Notes: generated from the sequence alone by a model not told the origin. 64,000 nucleotides of DNA from an archaeon (GCA_020056635.1 JAGVHI010000004.1:2782-66781), one strand, 5' to 3'. Numbered from the stretch's first letter, positions 40,668 to 50,572 are shown. Numbers and translations: made by a program.

Positions 40668-41984
40668 CTAGTAGGAGACCATCTTGCCAGAGCCCCTGCC
40701 CGCAAGAACATTGCCTGAATCGAACGCAAGCTCGCCGCGCACAATTGCCTTTGACACTTTGCCCCTAAGTTTCCTTCCTGAAAATGGGGACCACTTGCAC
40801 TTTGTGAAAAGCTCTTCGTTCTTCACAATCCATTCCTGCTTCGGGTCCACCAGGCAGAGGTCAGCATCAAAGCCCGGGAAAATCGAGCCCTTGAGCTTAA
40901 GGCCGAATATTTTTGCGGGAATGAGCGATGTCATTTTTGCGATTTGGGAAAGCGGAAGAGAGCCTGATTTGAAAGAGTAGTCAAGCAGAAGCGGGAGCGC
41001 TGTTTCAAGCCCGGGCACTCCGGAAGGCGCAAGCCTTACGGGCGTATTCGGAGAAGCCGAATCACGACCGGATGCGCCGGACTGCTTCTGTAGGAGGGTG
41101 TGGGGCGCGTGGTCCGTTGCAATAATGTCGATTTTGCCAAGCGAGGAGAGGAGCGATTTGCGGCCTGAATCGCCCCTGATTGGCGGGTTGGTCTGCGCAA
41201 GCGGCCCGAGAACCGCGATTTCCTTTTCAGAGAGGAACAGGTGGTGGGGAGTCACTTCGCAAGTGGCTTTGGGATAGGCGCGCACAAGCGAAACTTCCTG
41301 AGAAGAGGTAACGTGGCAGATGTGGACAGGGCGGGAGGCTGATTTGGCGCATGCGATTGCCGCTTTCACCCCTGCAATTGCCGCCTTTAGCCCTCGGAGC
41401 TCGTAATGCGAGCTGGCGCCCTTTGATTTTGCGAGGTCTATTTCCTCCTGGAGCTCGCAGTGCACAAGCACTGGGCGCGCTTTGGGGAATTTTTTCATGT
41501 GCGCCAAAAGCGATTTGGGGGGGATTGTAAGCTCGCTTCCGGTCTGGGCAAGGAACGCCTTTATCGAAAGCGGCTTTGCGCGCGAAACCTCTTCGAAATT
41601 GCCCGCGGTTGCGCCCATGTGAAGCCCGAAATCGCAAACTGCTTTTTTGGATGCAAGCGCGAGCTTCTCAAGGTATGCGCCCGCAGTAGTGGTCGGGGGG
41701 TTGCGGTAGTTTGGCATGTCCAGCACTGTGGTGAAGCCGCCTGCAAGCGCAGCGCATGTGCCTGTATAAAAATCCTCTTTTTCGGCTGCTTCAGGGTCGC
41801 GCAAGTGGACGTGGGAATCGATTAAGCCCGGGAAAACAAGCAGCCCCTCAGCATCGATTATTTCGTGCCCGGATGATTCGCGGGCGGCAATTCTCCCGAT
41901 TTTTTTGAATTTGCCGCCTTCAACCAATATGTCGGCCTCCGCGATTTTATCCGGGAGGATTAAGGTGCCGTTCTTTATCAGCAT
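40668..41984 (-). CDS. pyrC: Dihydroorotase
   Basis: 'PGLIDSHVHLRDP' (metal-binding HxH), 'DHAPH' and the overall amidohydrolase pattern. ATG at 41984 ('MLIKNGTLILPD'). Confidence 0.85.
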   Translation of the reverse strand: MLIKNGTLILPDKIAEADILVEGGKFKKIGRIAARESSGHEIIDAEGLLVFPGLIDSHVHLRDPEAAEKEDFYTGTCAALAGGFTTVLDMPNYRNPPTTTAGAYLEKLALASKKAVCDFGLHMGATAGNFEEVSRAKPLSIKAFLAQTGSELTIPPKSLLAHMKKFPKARPVLVHCELQEEIDLAKSKGASSHYELRGLKAAIAGVKAAIACAKSASRPVHICHVTSSQEVSLVRAYPKATCEVTPHHLFLSEKEIAVLGPLAQTNPPIRGDSGRKSLLSSLGKIDIIATDHAPHTLLQKQSGASGRDSASPNTPVRLAPSGVPGLETALPLLLDYSFKSGSLPLSQIAKMTSLIPAKIFGLKLKGSIFPGFDADLCLVDPKQEWIVKNEELFTKCKWSPFSGRKLRGKVSKAIVRGELAFDSGNVLAGRGSGKMVSY

Positions 41985-41995
41985 GAGACCAGCCG

Positions 41996-42766
41996 TCAAA
42001 TCGGGATGCGCTCGCTTGTCCGGTCGAGCTTTGTGGCCCCGAAATCCGCAAACGAAAGCGCTTCAATGCCGAACATCGGCCCATCGCGGCAAACCAGGCG
42101 GTCGCCAATCACGCACTGCCCGCAGACCCCGATTCCGCATTTCATGTACCGCTCAAGGAGCATCTGGCACCCTATTTTCCTATCCTTGCAAATCTCAGCG
42201 ATTGCCTTCATCATGCGCTCTGGGCCGCAGGTGAATATGGTGTCGAATTTTTCCCCTGAATCAAACAGCCCCAAAAGCGCATCTGTCACAAGCCCCTTTT
42301 TCCCAGAGCTGCCGTCGTTTGTGGTGATTATGGTTTCGCACCCTGCCGCAGGCCTAAGCAGCCAGTCCTTGTTCTTTGCGCCAAGGATGGCTTTTGTCTT
42401 TGCGCCTTTTTTCTGCATCTCCAAAAGAGCGTAGCGCACCGGGCCAAACCCGTACCCTCCGCCTATCCCGAGCACGGATTTTCCCTCGAGCCGAAAGCCT
42501 TTCCCAAGAGGGCCGCGAAGGAACATGCACTCGCCCTCCTTGTATTCATTCATGCGGATGCTTGCAGGCCCTATCCCGCAGATGGTGAGCGAAAGAGGGC
42601 GCGTACCTGAAACCGACATCGGCTTTTCCTCAAGCCCGGGGACCCAGACCATGTAGAACTGCCCAGGGATGGCGTATGACTGGTCATCGAAGTAGTATGT
42701 CTTCACGGTTTTGGTCTCCTGCTCGACCCGTGTTATCTTAGTAGGGGTGGGAAGCATCCGAACCAT
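41996..42766 (-). CDS. pyrK: Dihydroorotate dehydrogenase electron-transfer subunit
   Basis: FAD/NAD-binding ferredoxin-reductase-like 'GPLGKGF' and 'GGGYGFGP', plus the C-terminal 2Fe-2S cluster 'CGIGVCGQCVIGDRLVCRDGP'. Overlaps pyrD. Confidence 0.8.
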   Translation of the reverse strand: MVRMLPTPTKITRVEQETKTVKTYYFDDQSYAIPGQFYMVWVPGLEEKPMSVSGTRPLSLTICGIGPASIRMNEYKEGECMFLRGPLGKGFRLEGKSVLGIGGGYGFGPVRYALLEMQKKGAKTKAILGAKNKDWLLRPAAGCETIITTNDGSSGKKGLVTDALLGLFDSGEKFDTIFTCGPERMMKAIAEICKDRKIGCQMLLERYMKCGIGVCGQCVIGDRLVCRDGPMFGIEALSFADFGATKLDRTSERIPI

Positions 42767-43673
42767 CCTCTATCAGTTTCAAATCCTTAAGCGAACGGTA
42801 ATTGTTCTCTGACATGAATTTCTCAAGCTCCAAGCACAGGGAAGAGAATAGGTTTTCCCTGCCCATCGCAGCAGTGCCAACGCCGATTGCGTTCGCGCCT
42901 GCGCAGAACATTTCAGCAGCATCCTTCCCAACCGAGATTCCGCCTGTGCCTATTACCGGGATTTTAACCCCCCTCCTCCGGATTTCCCAAACAGCCTTTA
43001 GCGCAACAGGCTTAATGAGCGAGCCTGAGAGCCCGCCCACCTTGTTTGAGAGCAGCGGGCGGCGCGCGATCGGGTCTATGAACATCCCGCCAACCGTGTT
43101 TATTGCCGTGATGCAGTCTGCGCCTGCAGCCTCAACCGCATGCGCAATTTCTGCGATGTCGGTGACATTGGGAGAGAGCTTGATTGAAATCGGGATTGAG
43201 GTTGCTTTTTTCACTGCGTGGGTGACATCTGCCGCATCAGGCGCACATGCGGAGAACATCCTCCCTTCGTTCGCAACATTCGGGCAGGAGATGTTCACCT
43301 CTATCATTTCTGGCTCTGCTTCAGAAATGCGGTAGGCAAGCTCGTAGAAATCCTCAACCGACTGCGCGAATACGCTTGCAATTATCGGGACGCCTGCTGC
43401 GCGCTTTGCGGCTTTCAGCTCCTTAATCTCCGCATCGATGCCAGGGCCTGAGAGCCCTACTGCGTTCAGCATGATGCCGCCGTGGAAAACCACAGTGGGG
43501 TTCGGGTGCCCAAGCCTGGGGGCAAGCGAAACCGATTTGGAAGTGACTGCGCCAGCCCCTTCTTTTGCTGCGCGCACTAGCAAGGCAGAATTGAGGTCCC
43601 TTATGCCAGAGGCCAGTATGAAGGGGTTGTGGAGGGTTATGCCGCACAGGCTTGTTTCAAGCACGCTTGCCAT
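42738..43673 (-). CDS. pyrD: Dihydroorotate dehydrogenase catalytic subunit (class 1B)
   Basis: 'LHNPFILASG', 'IEVNISCPN', 'NTVGGM', 'GGLSG..IKP' and 'IGTGGI' are classical PyrD motifs. Confidence 0.9.
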   Translation of the reverse strand: MASVLETSLCGITLHNPFILASGIRDLNSALLVRAAKEGAGAVTSKSVSLAPRLGHPNPTVVFHGGIMLNAVGLSGPGIDAEIKELKAAKRAAGVPIIASVFAQSVEDFYELAYRISEAEPEMIEVNISCPNVANEGRMFSACAPDAADVTHAVKKATSIPISIKLSPNVTDIAEIAHAVEAAGADCITAINTVGGMFIDPIARRPLLSNKVGGLSGSLIKPVALKAVWEIRRRGVKIPVIGTGGISVGKDAAEMFCAGANAIGVGTAAMGRENLFSSLCLELEKFMSENNYRSLKDLKLIEDGSDASHPY

Positions 43674-43715
43674 AGTTTGACCTATTCTCCCGGATTGTTT
43701 AAAACCGCTGCCATT

Positions 43716-45194
43716 TCAGGCTTTCCTGTGGTTTTGCAAAGGGTGCGCCACCTGTGCGCGCATCTTGTCAGCCTCGCTTTTTGAGTATGCGAAAGCGGCG
43801 ATGAAAAGCACCGCAAGCACCAGGAGCGAGGCCGGGTTGAAAATGAAAATCGGGAAATTGTTGTTTATCACAGTCTGGTCCGCAATCGCGCTCATGTTGA
43901 AAATCGAGTGGAGCATCACTGCTATGAAAATGCCAGGGATGATTCCGAATTTCGCAAATTGTGAGTAGTTCTTGTGGGATTTGAAATAGCCTATGAGCGC
44001 GCCTGTTGCTGCAGTGAAGCACCCGTGGCCCAGGGAATTGAAGAACGAGCGGTAGAGCATGAGCCCTACCCAGGGGGCCACCCCGTAATCGAACGGGCTT
44101 GATTTGGAGGTGAAGTAGAACCAGTTCTCGACAAAAGAGAACCCCACCCCCGCGGTGAAGCCGAAGAGGAGGCCTGTGAACATGCTGTCGTACTCGTGGT
44201 GGCCGGAAACGAAATAAACCCCCAGCCCCTTTAGCGTCTCCTCAATCAGAGGCGCAATCAGGATTGCGGTAATAGTGAGAGTGTAGCCTACAGGAATGTA
44301 GAATAGGAGGGACTGGAGCTCGATTGAGGAGTTGAGCAGGAGAGCGAAAAATGCCGAGTACATGCCCCACACGAAAAGGCCGATGAAAAAGCGGAGCGGC
44401 TTTTGGGTGTAGGATTCGGCATAGTAGACAACTATGAGATAAAAGAGCGGCATCATGAATGCGCCTGCCCCGGCAATCAGGAATACCGGGATGATGCCAG
44501 TGTCGCCCATTTTCTCAGTATAGCTTAATAGGAGAATCCATATCAGGACAATGAGGGAGATAAGCTCAACCGACCAGAAGAACGGGGTGATGAAAAGGTC
44601 CGCAATCTTTTCCTCAAACGGCCTGCCTGCCATCCTCGGGAAGAAAAGCGAGGTGTTCGTGAATTCGCCTTCAGCAAACCCGGTTTCATGGCGCTTTTGG
44701 GCGTAAGCGACCACCACCGCAAGAAGAATGAGTATGAAAATCACAATTATTGGAATGACTGAGAGCGAAACGCCTGAGAGGTATTCTGAAACCTGGTCGC
44801 GGTAGCCGGTCCAGTCCTCCACAACCTCAAACTCCTTCCCCTTGACCGAAAGCGGGGATGCGGCAATAAGGGCATAGTGCGAAATTTTTTTCATGTATCC
44901 CTCGTAGGTGAGGTGGAGCACTATTGTCGCGTTGAGCGCGCCGTAAGGCTCAAGCTCGCCTATTTCACGAAGCAACGACCACTGGCCGTCGTTTTCATAG
45001 TAGAGCTGGATTGAGTAGTTTATCGGGTCGGTGTTCTCCAAGTAGGCGTATATGGTCACATTGTCGCGCTTTTGCGTGAGCGTTTTTTCCTCAACCGAGA
45101 TTATCCCGTTTAGGGGGTAATCGAAAGGCTGCTCCGCAAGGAGAAGGAAGGTGAATGAGAGAAGCGCGAGGAGCAGTTTCCAGTTCGTTCCCAT
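43716..45194 (-). CDS. PrsW-family intramembrane protease-like protein with an N-terminal extracellular domain
   Basis: 'APLIEETLKGLGVYFV' (EExxK), 'FGFTAGVGFSFVEN' and 'HSIFN' (HxxxN) match PrsW-type signatures. ATG at 45194 avoids overlap with the upstream gene. Confidence 0.6.
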   Translation of the reverse strand: MGTNWKLLLALLSFTFLLLAEQPFDYPLNGIISVEEKTLTQKRDNVTIYAYLENTDPINYSIQLYYENDGQWSLLREIGELEPYGALNATIVLHLTYEGYMKKISHYALIAASPLSVKGKEFEVVEDWTGYRDQVSEYLSGVSLSVIPIIVIFILILLAVVVAYAQKRHETGFAEGEFTNTSLFFPRMAGRPFEEKIADLFITPFFWSVELISLIVLIWILLLSYTEKMGDTGIIPVFLIAGAGAFMMPLFYLIVVYYAESYTQKPLRFFIGLFVWGMYSAFFALLLNSSIELQSLLFYIPVGYTLTITAILIAPLIEETLKGLGVYFVSGHHEYDSMFTGLLFGFTAGVGFSFVENWFYFTSKSSPFDYGVAPWVGLMLYRSFFNSLGHGCFTAATGALIGYFKSHKNYSQFAKFGIIPGIFIAVMLHSIFNMSAIADQTVINNNFPIFIFNPASLLVLAVLFIAAFAYSKSEADKMRAQVAHPLQNHRKA

Positions 45195-45222
45195 GTTGCA
45201 CCCGATTAATGCATGCGCGGCG

Positions 45223-46896
45223 CTAGAACGGCAGCCACACATACAGGTTGATATTCTTGTTGAGCCAGGCCCATGCCTTGTACCAGAGCTCGTTGCGCCT
45301 CTTTATCACGTCTAAGAGCTCCTTGAACTGCTCTTTTTCCCCTGCCGCAAGCTTGCTCTCCGTGATTTTTATGTGCTCCTTCCCGTCCACTACCGTTTTT
45401 TCCTCCTGCTGCCCGATCTGCTTTTTCGCCTGCTCGTACCAGGGGGGAAGCGAGCTTTTCTTTTTCCGGATTGCGTTTATGAAATCGCGGGTAGTGACCT
45501 CGCGCTGCTTCCCTGTTTTGAATGCCGCACGCCACGGGATTGAGCATGCCTCATCCACTATTGCCTTTAGGTCCGAGCTTGCGTAACCTATCGTTGCGCG
45601 CGCAAGCCGCGCGTAGTTTATGCCCTTGCCCACGGGGCGGTTCTTCGCATGGAGCTTGAGTATGTCCAGCCTGCTTACGTAATCCGGCTCGCCTATGAAA
45701 ATCGCCTTCCCGAACCGCCCGGAGCGCCTTGCAGCCGGGTCCACGTCCCAGGGGGCGTTGGTCGCGCCCACCACAAGCACGTTTGCGTTGTTTGCCTCAA
45801 TCCCGTCCATCTCAAAGAGCATCTGGTTCACTGCCATCTTCATGTACTGCGTGCTCTGCGTCATCTCATCCCTTCTTCCGCCTATCCCCTCCATTTCATC
45901 GAAGAATACTATGCACGGGGAATTCTTCCTCCCAGTTTCGAATATGTTGTGCAGGTTCTTTTCCGTGTTCCCAACGTACATGTCCACCACGTCGGAAATT
46001 TTCGCGTTTATGAAGTTGGACTGGCACTCGCCTGCGGCTGATTTCATTATGAATGTTTTTCCGCACCCAGGAGGGCCGTAGAGCATGATGCCGCCGCCGC
46101 CAAGCTTGCCGTATTTGCGCGCAAGGTCGGGCTTGAGCATCGGGTAAACTATTGCCTCGCGTATCTCTTCTTTCAGCTTCTCCATCCCCGCAACATCCTT
46201 GAATGTGACTGAGGGCTTCTGCAGCAGCTTCACTGCGTTTATCCCCTGGTTCTGCTGCCCGGCTGCCATGCCAGAGCTGTCTATGTTCCCCCCGGGAGGG
46301 CCGGTGTAGCCAGAATCCTTCTTTGACTTTGCAAGCTCGCGGTGGGATTTTGCCTCCTCGAAATTCGGGTTGAGCTCGATTGCCTTGTCATAGTCCGCAA
46401 TCGCCTTGTCAAAATTGTTCATGTAATCGTAGGCAAGGCCGCGTATGTGGTATGCTTCCGAGAAGCTCGGGTTTAGCTTGATTACCTCATCGAAATCAAC
46501 TATTGCCTTTTCGTAATCCTGCAAGCAAGCGTACGCAAGCCCGCGGTTGTAATAGGCTTTGAGGTAGCGGGGGTTGAGAGCAAGAGCCTTGTCATAGTCC
46601 TTTATCGCAGCCTGGAAATCCTGCTTGCGGTAGTATGCGTCGCCCCTGTTGTTGTAAATCACAGGGTTCTTCGGGTCAAGGTCAGCGCTCTTCGCGTAAT
46701 CGGAAATCGACTTGTCGAAGTTCTTTAGGTTGTAGTAGCACAGCCCCCGGTTGAAATACGCCTCTGAGAAGTTCTGGTTGAGTATGATTGCCTTGTTGTA
46801 GGAGTCTATTGCCTTGTCGTAGCTGCCCTTCTCGTAATAGTCGTTGCCGGCGTGGTAGTAGGCGCGCGCATCCGTTGGGTTGGGCTTGTCTGGCAT
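45223..46896 (-). CDS. TPR-repeat / AAA+ ATPase fusion protein
   Basis: At least 6 TPR units (e.g. 'AYFNRGLCYYNLKNFDKSISDYAKSADLDPKN'), followed by Walker A 'LYGPPGCGKTF', Walker B 'IVFFDEME' and the second region of homology 'VVGATNAPWDVDPAARRSGRF'. Confidence 0.85.
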   Translation of the reverse strand: MPDKPNPTDARAYYHAGNDYYEKGSYDKAIDSYNKAIILNQNFSEAYFNRGLCYYNLKNFDKSISDYAKSADLDPKNPVIYNNRGDAYYRKQDFQAAIKDYDKALALNPRYLKAYYNRGLAYACLQDYEKAIVDFDEVIKLNPSFSEAYHIRGLAYDYMNNFDKAIADYDKAIELNPNFEEAKSHRELAKSKKDSGYTGPPGGNIDSSGMAAGQQNQGINAVKLLQKPSVTFKDVAGMEKLKEEIREAIVYPMLKPDLARKYGKLGGGGIMLYGPPGCGKTFIMKSAAGECQSNFINAKISDVVDMYVGNTEKNLHNIFETGRKNSPCIVFFDEMEGIGGRRDEMTQSTQYMKMAVNQMLFEMDGIEANNANVLVVGATNAPWDVDPAARRSGRFGKAIFIGEPDYVSRLDILKLHAKNRPVGKGINYARLARATIGYASSDLKAIVDEACSIPWRAAFKTGKQREVTTRDFINAIRKKKSSLPPWYEQAKKQIGQQEEKTVVDGKEHIKITESKLAAGEKEQFKELLDVIKRRNELWYKAWAWLNKNINLYVWLPF

Positions 46897-46956
46897 CGAA
46901 TCGCCGTATATGTCGGAATAAGAATGGTCGTTTTATTTAAAAAGCTGATTGGGGAG

Positions 46957-47107
46957 CTAGCAGTAGCCGCGTATGGTTTGGTTTGAGATCATTTCACAGA
47001 GCGATTTGTCGTTCCAGTTCCTTGCGAGGCCGAGGTAGCATTGGTCTTTCTCGTTCGAGGAGGGTATTTTAGCGCAATAAGAGGAATCGCGGCGTGAGAT
47101 TGCCAGA
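46957..47107 (-). pseudogene. Out-of-frame terminal repeat units of the 927-aa Cys-repeat lipoprotein gene (frameshifted 3' extension)
   Basis: The listed 124-aa ORF ends '...LAISRRDSSYCAKIPSSNEKDQCYLGLARNWNDKSLCEMISNQTIRGYC', which is the same repeat as the upstream gene. Joining at the TAA (47108-47110) by +1 gives 'KTACYSQLH-NLAISRRDSSYC', restoring the repeat register. Confidence 0.45.
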
Positions 47108-49891
47108 TTAGTGTAATTGAGAGTAACATGCTGTTTTGAAAGCACCAGCATTTTCGCAGTCTGCAGGATTGTGCGTGTATTGCATTGCAGTATTGTAATA
47201 GCAATAATCCCGTTTGCTTGAATCGTTAATTTTGCCGCAATCCGATATATTGAGCTTGAGGTTCTGGATAATTTCAAAGCATCTGGTTTTTGCGGTTGAA
47301 TCGCTGAGCCTGCTGCAGCCCGAATCGTCATCCCTTTTCTGCCCGTAGGTTATGTAGCACTCGCCACGGTATGCCTCATCGGGTATTTTGTCACAAGCTT
47401 CAAGGCTGTCCTGCACCCTCGCGATATCAAGATAGCAGCTGTAGCGCCTGAAGTACGGCACCTGGGGGGACTCCTGCAGTGACGGGCCTATAAGCGCGCA
47501 TATGGAGAAATTCTGGGCTGATGTTGCTATTTCAGCATAGCATGAGTCCTTGGTGATACCAGTTTGCATGGCGCCACAATCTGAGATTGTTTTAGGACCG
47601 CTAGGAGTTCCTCCGCTTGCTAACCACTGGCAATAGCTTTTCTGGGCAGGCCAACTTATGCCTTCGCACAAGGAAGAATTTTTAGTGAGGTTGGCCACAT
47701 CGGTAAGGCATAGGCCTTTGCCAGAGGAATCTGAAATTTTGTCGCACAGGCTTCCATCCTTGTTTGTTTTAGCCGCTAGTGAAAAGCAGAACTCCCGAGT
47801 GCTTAGAGTGGGTATTTTATTGCATATCGACAAATCGCCCGTCTGCCCGCCGAAGCGCGCATAGCACGATTCCTTTGCCCGGTTGGACTGCTGGCCGTCA
47901 CAGAATTGGATATTTGGTATTTGCGCTCTTCCAACAAGCAGAGTGGTCGAGTAGCATATGTCTTTCAAATCCCTTTGGCCAATTTTATCGCAAAGAGAAA
48001 GATTACCTGTTCCTGGCGCAACATTGGCATAACAGTTGTCGCCCGAGTACTGGTCGCTTATCCTATCACAAAGCGAAGAGTCAAGCAGCTGTGGCGCGAC
48101 CCCTGCGTAACAGCTATCTTTAGAACGAGATGTGGGGGCCTTGAGGCAGACATTAGGGTCTTTCGTTGCCTGACCCACCATAAGATAACAATTGTCCATT
48201 GTTTCGTTTTTCTTGATTAACAGGCATGTATCCGCATCGCGCCTGTTCTCAGCGACTTTTAAGAGGCAATCATCCTTCCATCCGCTGGATTGGATTTTTT
48301 CGCATGCAAGGATAACTGTGCTTTTTTCGGCTGACTTGTAATAGCACTGGTCCCTTGCCTCGCCTGCAGAGAGGCTGTCGCATGAACTGGAACCGCTTAT
48401 TGAGGAGCCTATTATCCCTCTGCATGTTTCCTGCACTGTCGCATTTGATATTTTGGAGCATATTGAAGCATCTTTTTTCTGTTGCGCCATTCTTGAATAG
48501 CAGTCGTCCTTTGACCATGTGGGCATACCGTCACAGGTGGACGAATCGACCATGTTAACCGCCCCAAATTCCCAGTAGCATTGGTTTTGCTTGCTGTCAT
48601 CGGTGATTTTGAGGCATATGGAACGGTCGTTTGAACTCTTTGCTGCATCATAGTAGCACGCATCCCTTTCATTTGCAAATCGAATTTTCTCGCAAACAGT
48701 CAAATCGGACTTGGGAGGAGATGCAGAATAGCATCCTTCTGGAGTATTTGCGCAGCCTCCAGCTTTTTCCCGCATTACATCCGATCTGCATGAGGCTTTC
48801 CAGTAATCGAGACTGATTTCTTCGCAAACAGATGCATCCTTCCTAGCCATTGCCAGTGCGTTCAAGCAATAGTTTTTGTGGTAGGATTGGTTGAGTTTTT
48901 TGCATATGGAATTATCTGCCTTGGATATTGCCACAGCAGAATAACATTTGGATTTGCCATCTTCCTCAACGGAAAATGGATAACCGTCGCATATTGTTAG
49001 ATCCCCATCCGCTACAGCAAATCCATAGCGACAGCTTGAACTATCACATCCGTCCAGCCGATTAAAGCTTGACTCTTGGGCACGGCTGAAGTATTCCTCG
49101 CATTTTTCCCTTGCCTGGCGGTTTAGGTCTGAATCTGTTGGGTAATCGTCTATGTTATTGCATATCGTAGGATCGGACTTCAGTATTGCTACGAGAGCAT
49201 AGCACTCGTCTCCAAACCCAAAGGACGTATTTTCGCAGAATGACACATCCTTTAATGAGAGGAGCGAAGCCCTGCACTGAAACCCATATTGGTAAGGAGA
49301 TTTGATTTTTTGGCATATGCTAAGGTCTTGCCTGACCGGACCAATTTCAGAATAACATTCCTCCTGCCTTAGCGTATCGCCAGTCTTAAGGCAGAGATCG
49401 GCATCTTGCTTGGCTGTAGCAATGGAATAGTAGCACTGCTCCCGCAATTGACCGGCAAGTTTATCACATAGGGAAAGATTGTTGGTCTTGAATGCCAAAT
49501 CTTTATAGCATTTTGATAAATCGTTCGCATTGCTTAACTTCTCGCATAGGCCTGTTTCAACTTTTGAAGTTCCAAGCTTGAGGTAACAATCGTCCTTGCG
49601 GGTTTGGAGCGTAATTTTATCGCAGAGATTGGAGTCCTTTTTTGCGGTGGCAACCCAAAAGTAACAGTCATCCAGAAGATCTTGCTTGTCAAGATTTGAG
49701 CAGATCCCGATGTCCTGATTTTTTATAGCCAATTCCATATAGCAGAGGTTCCGCTTTCCCTGATCTTGGGATGTTGTGCAATCCGAAGCAGATAGGGGAT
49801 TTCCTGGGCTAGGCTCTATTGGGCCAACCCCGGTGCAGCCAAAAAATAATACTGCTAGAACAACGATCGCTATTGGAATATATTTTTTCAT
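47108..49891 (-). CDS. Large lipobox-bearing Cys-rich repeat protein (about 30+ copies of the ~26-aa two-Cys repeat)
   Basis: 'MKKYIPIAIVVLAVLFFGCTG' followed by repeats such as 'CDKITLQTRKDDCYLKLGTSKVETGL / CEKLSNANDLSKCYKDLAFKTNNLSL / CDKLAGQLREQCYYSIATAKQDADL'. Confidence 0.8.
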   Translation of the reverse strand: MKKYIPIAIVVLAVLFFGCTGVGPIEPSPGNPLSASDCTTSQDQGKRNLCYMELAIKNQDIGICSNLDKQDLLDDCYFWVATAKKDSNLCDKITLQTRKDDCYLKLGTSKVETGLCEKLSNANDLSKCYKDLAFKTNNLSLCDKLAGQLREQCYYSIATAKQDADLCLKTGDTLRQEECYSEIGPVRQDLSICQKIKSPYQYGFQCRASLLSLKDVSFCENTSFGFGDECYALVAILKSDPTICNNIDDYPTDSDLNRQAREKCEEYFSRAQESSFNRLDGCDSSSCRYGFAVADGDLTICDGYPFSVEEDGKSKCYSAVAISKADNSICKKLNQSYHKNYCLNALAMARKDASVCEEISLDYWKASCRSDVMREKAGGCANTPEGCYSASPPKSDLTVCEKIRFANERDACYYDAAKSSNDRSICLKITDDSKQNQCYWEFGAVNMVDSSTCDGMPTWSKDDCYSRMAQQKKDASICSKISNATVQETCRGIIGSSISGSSSCDSLSAGEARDQCYYKSAEKSTVILACEKIQSSGWKDDCLLKVAENRRDADTCLLIKKNETMDNCYLMVGQATKDPNVCLKAPTSRSKDSCYAGVAPQLLDSSLCDRISDQYSGDNCYANVAPGTGNLSLCDKIGQRDLKDICYSTTLLVGRAQIPNIQFCDGQQSNRAKESCYARFGGQTGDLSICNKIPTLSTREFCFSLAAKTNKDGSLCDKISDSSGKGLCLTDVANLTKNSSLCEGISWPAQKSYCQWLASGGTPSGPKTISDCGAMQTGITKDSCYAEIATSAQNFSICALIGPSLQESPQVPYFRRYSCYLDIARVQDSLEACDKIPDEAYRGECYITYGQKRDDDSGCSRLSDSTAKTRCFEIIQNLKLNISDCGKINDSSKRDYCYYNTAMQYTHNPADCENAGAFKTACYSQLH

Positions 49892-49897
49892 GGAGCA

Positions 49898-50572
49898 TCA
49901 ACCCCTGAAAGGATGCAGAATATAGCGGGTGCATTGATCCTTAAAGCTCGAATCTGATAGCTTGTAGCAAATTGATGGATCATTTAGCTTGCGGGCAAGT
50001 CCGTAATAGCATTCATCGCGAGATCCAGGATAGTAGTTGCTAATCTTGCCGCAATAGAATGTGTTGTTTTGCACAGTTGCCATCTTGCTATAGCAATCAT
50101 CGGCCCAGTTCTGATCAGGCATCCCATCACATATTGAACTATCATTCAAATGCCCTGCCACCGTTCCATAACAGTTTAGTTTGGAGTTCGCTGGACAGAG
50201 AGATAAGTCTTTCTTTGCAGCAGCATATTCTCCGTAGCACCAAGTTGACCAATATTCATCAGGTATTTTGCTGCATAGTGGCTGGTTATCTGTGGCGATG
50301 GCAACACCAAAATAGCAAAATGCCTTGAAATCGATTGCCTCGATTTTTTCGCATAGGGAGCTATCTTTCATTTTTGGTCCGACTTTGGCATAACACTGGT
50401 CATCCAATAGATATTCGTTATTTGGCAATTTTTCACAATCTGCTACCGTCTCCATAGGCTGCGGCGTCCATCCGCCAACATTGCCGATGCAGCCAAAAAA
50501 CAGAAATACATTGAATAAGACAGCTGCAAAAATCAATAAAGAGGAGTTTTTGACCCAATTCCCGTTATGCAC
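49898..50572 (-). CDS. Lipobox-bearing Cys-rich repeat protein (short paralogue, tandem with the 927-aa gene)
   Basis: 'LLIFAAVLFNVFLFFGCIG' and repeats 'CEKIEAIDFKAFCYFGVAIATDNQPLC' and 'CDGMPDQNWADDCYSKMATVQNNTFYC'. Confidence 0.75.
   Translation of the reverse strand: MHNGNWVKNSSLLIFAAVLFNVFLFFGCIGNVGGWTPQPMETVADCEKLPNNEYLLDDQCYAKVGPKMKDSSLCEKIEAIDFKAFCYFGVAIATDNQPLCSKIPDEYWSTWCYGEYAAAKKDLSLCPANSKLNCYGTVAGHLNDSSICDGMPDQNWADDCYSKMATVQNNTFYCGKISNYYPGSRDECYYGLARKLNDPSICYKLSDSSFKDQCTRYILHPFRG

Noticed and set aside
43716-45242. PrsW-like protein as the missing prepilin peptidase of the filament system
   Set aside because: Prepilin peptidases (PibD/FlaK/EppA) are di-aspartyl proteases with GxGD-type motifs. 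This protein instead shows the EExxK / HxxxN pattern of PrsW-type metalloproteases.
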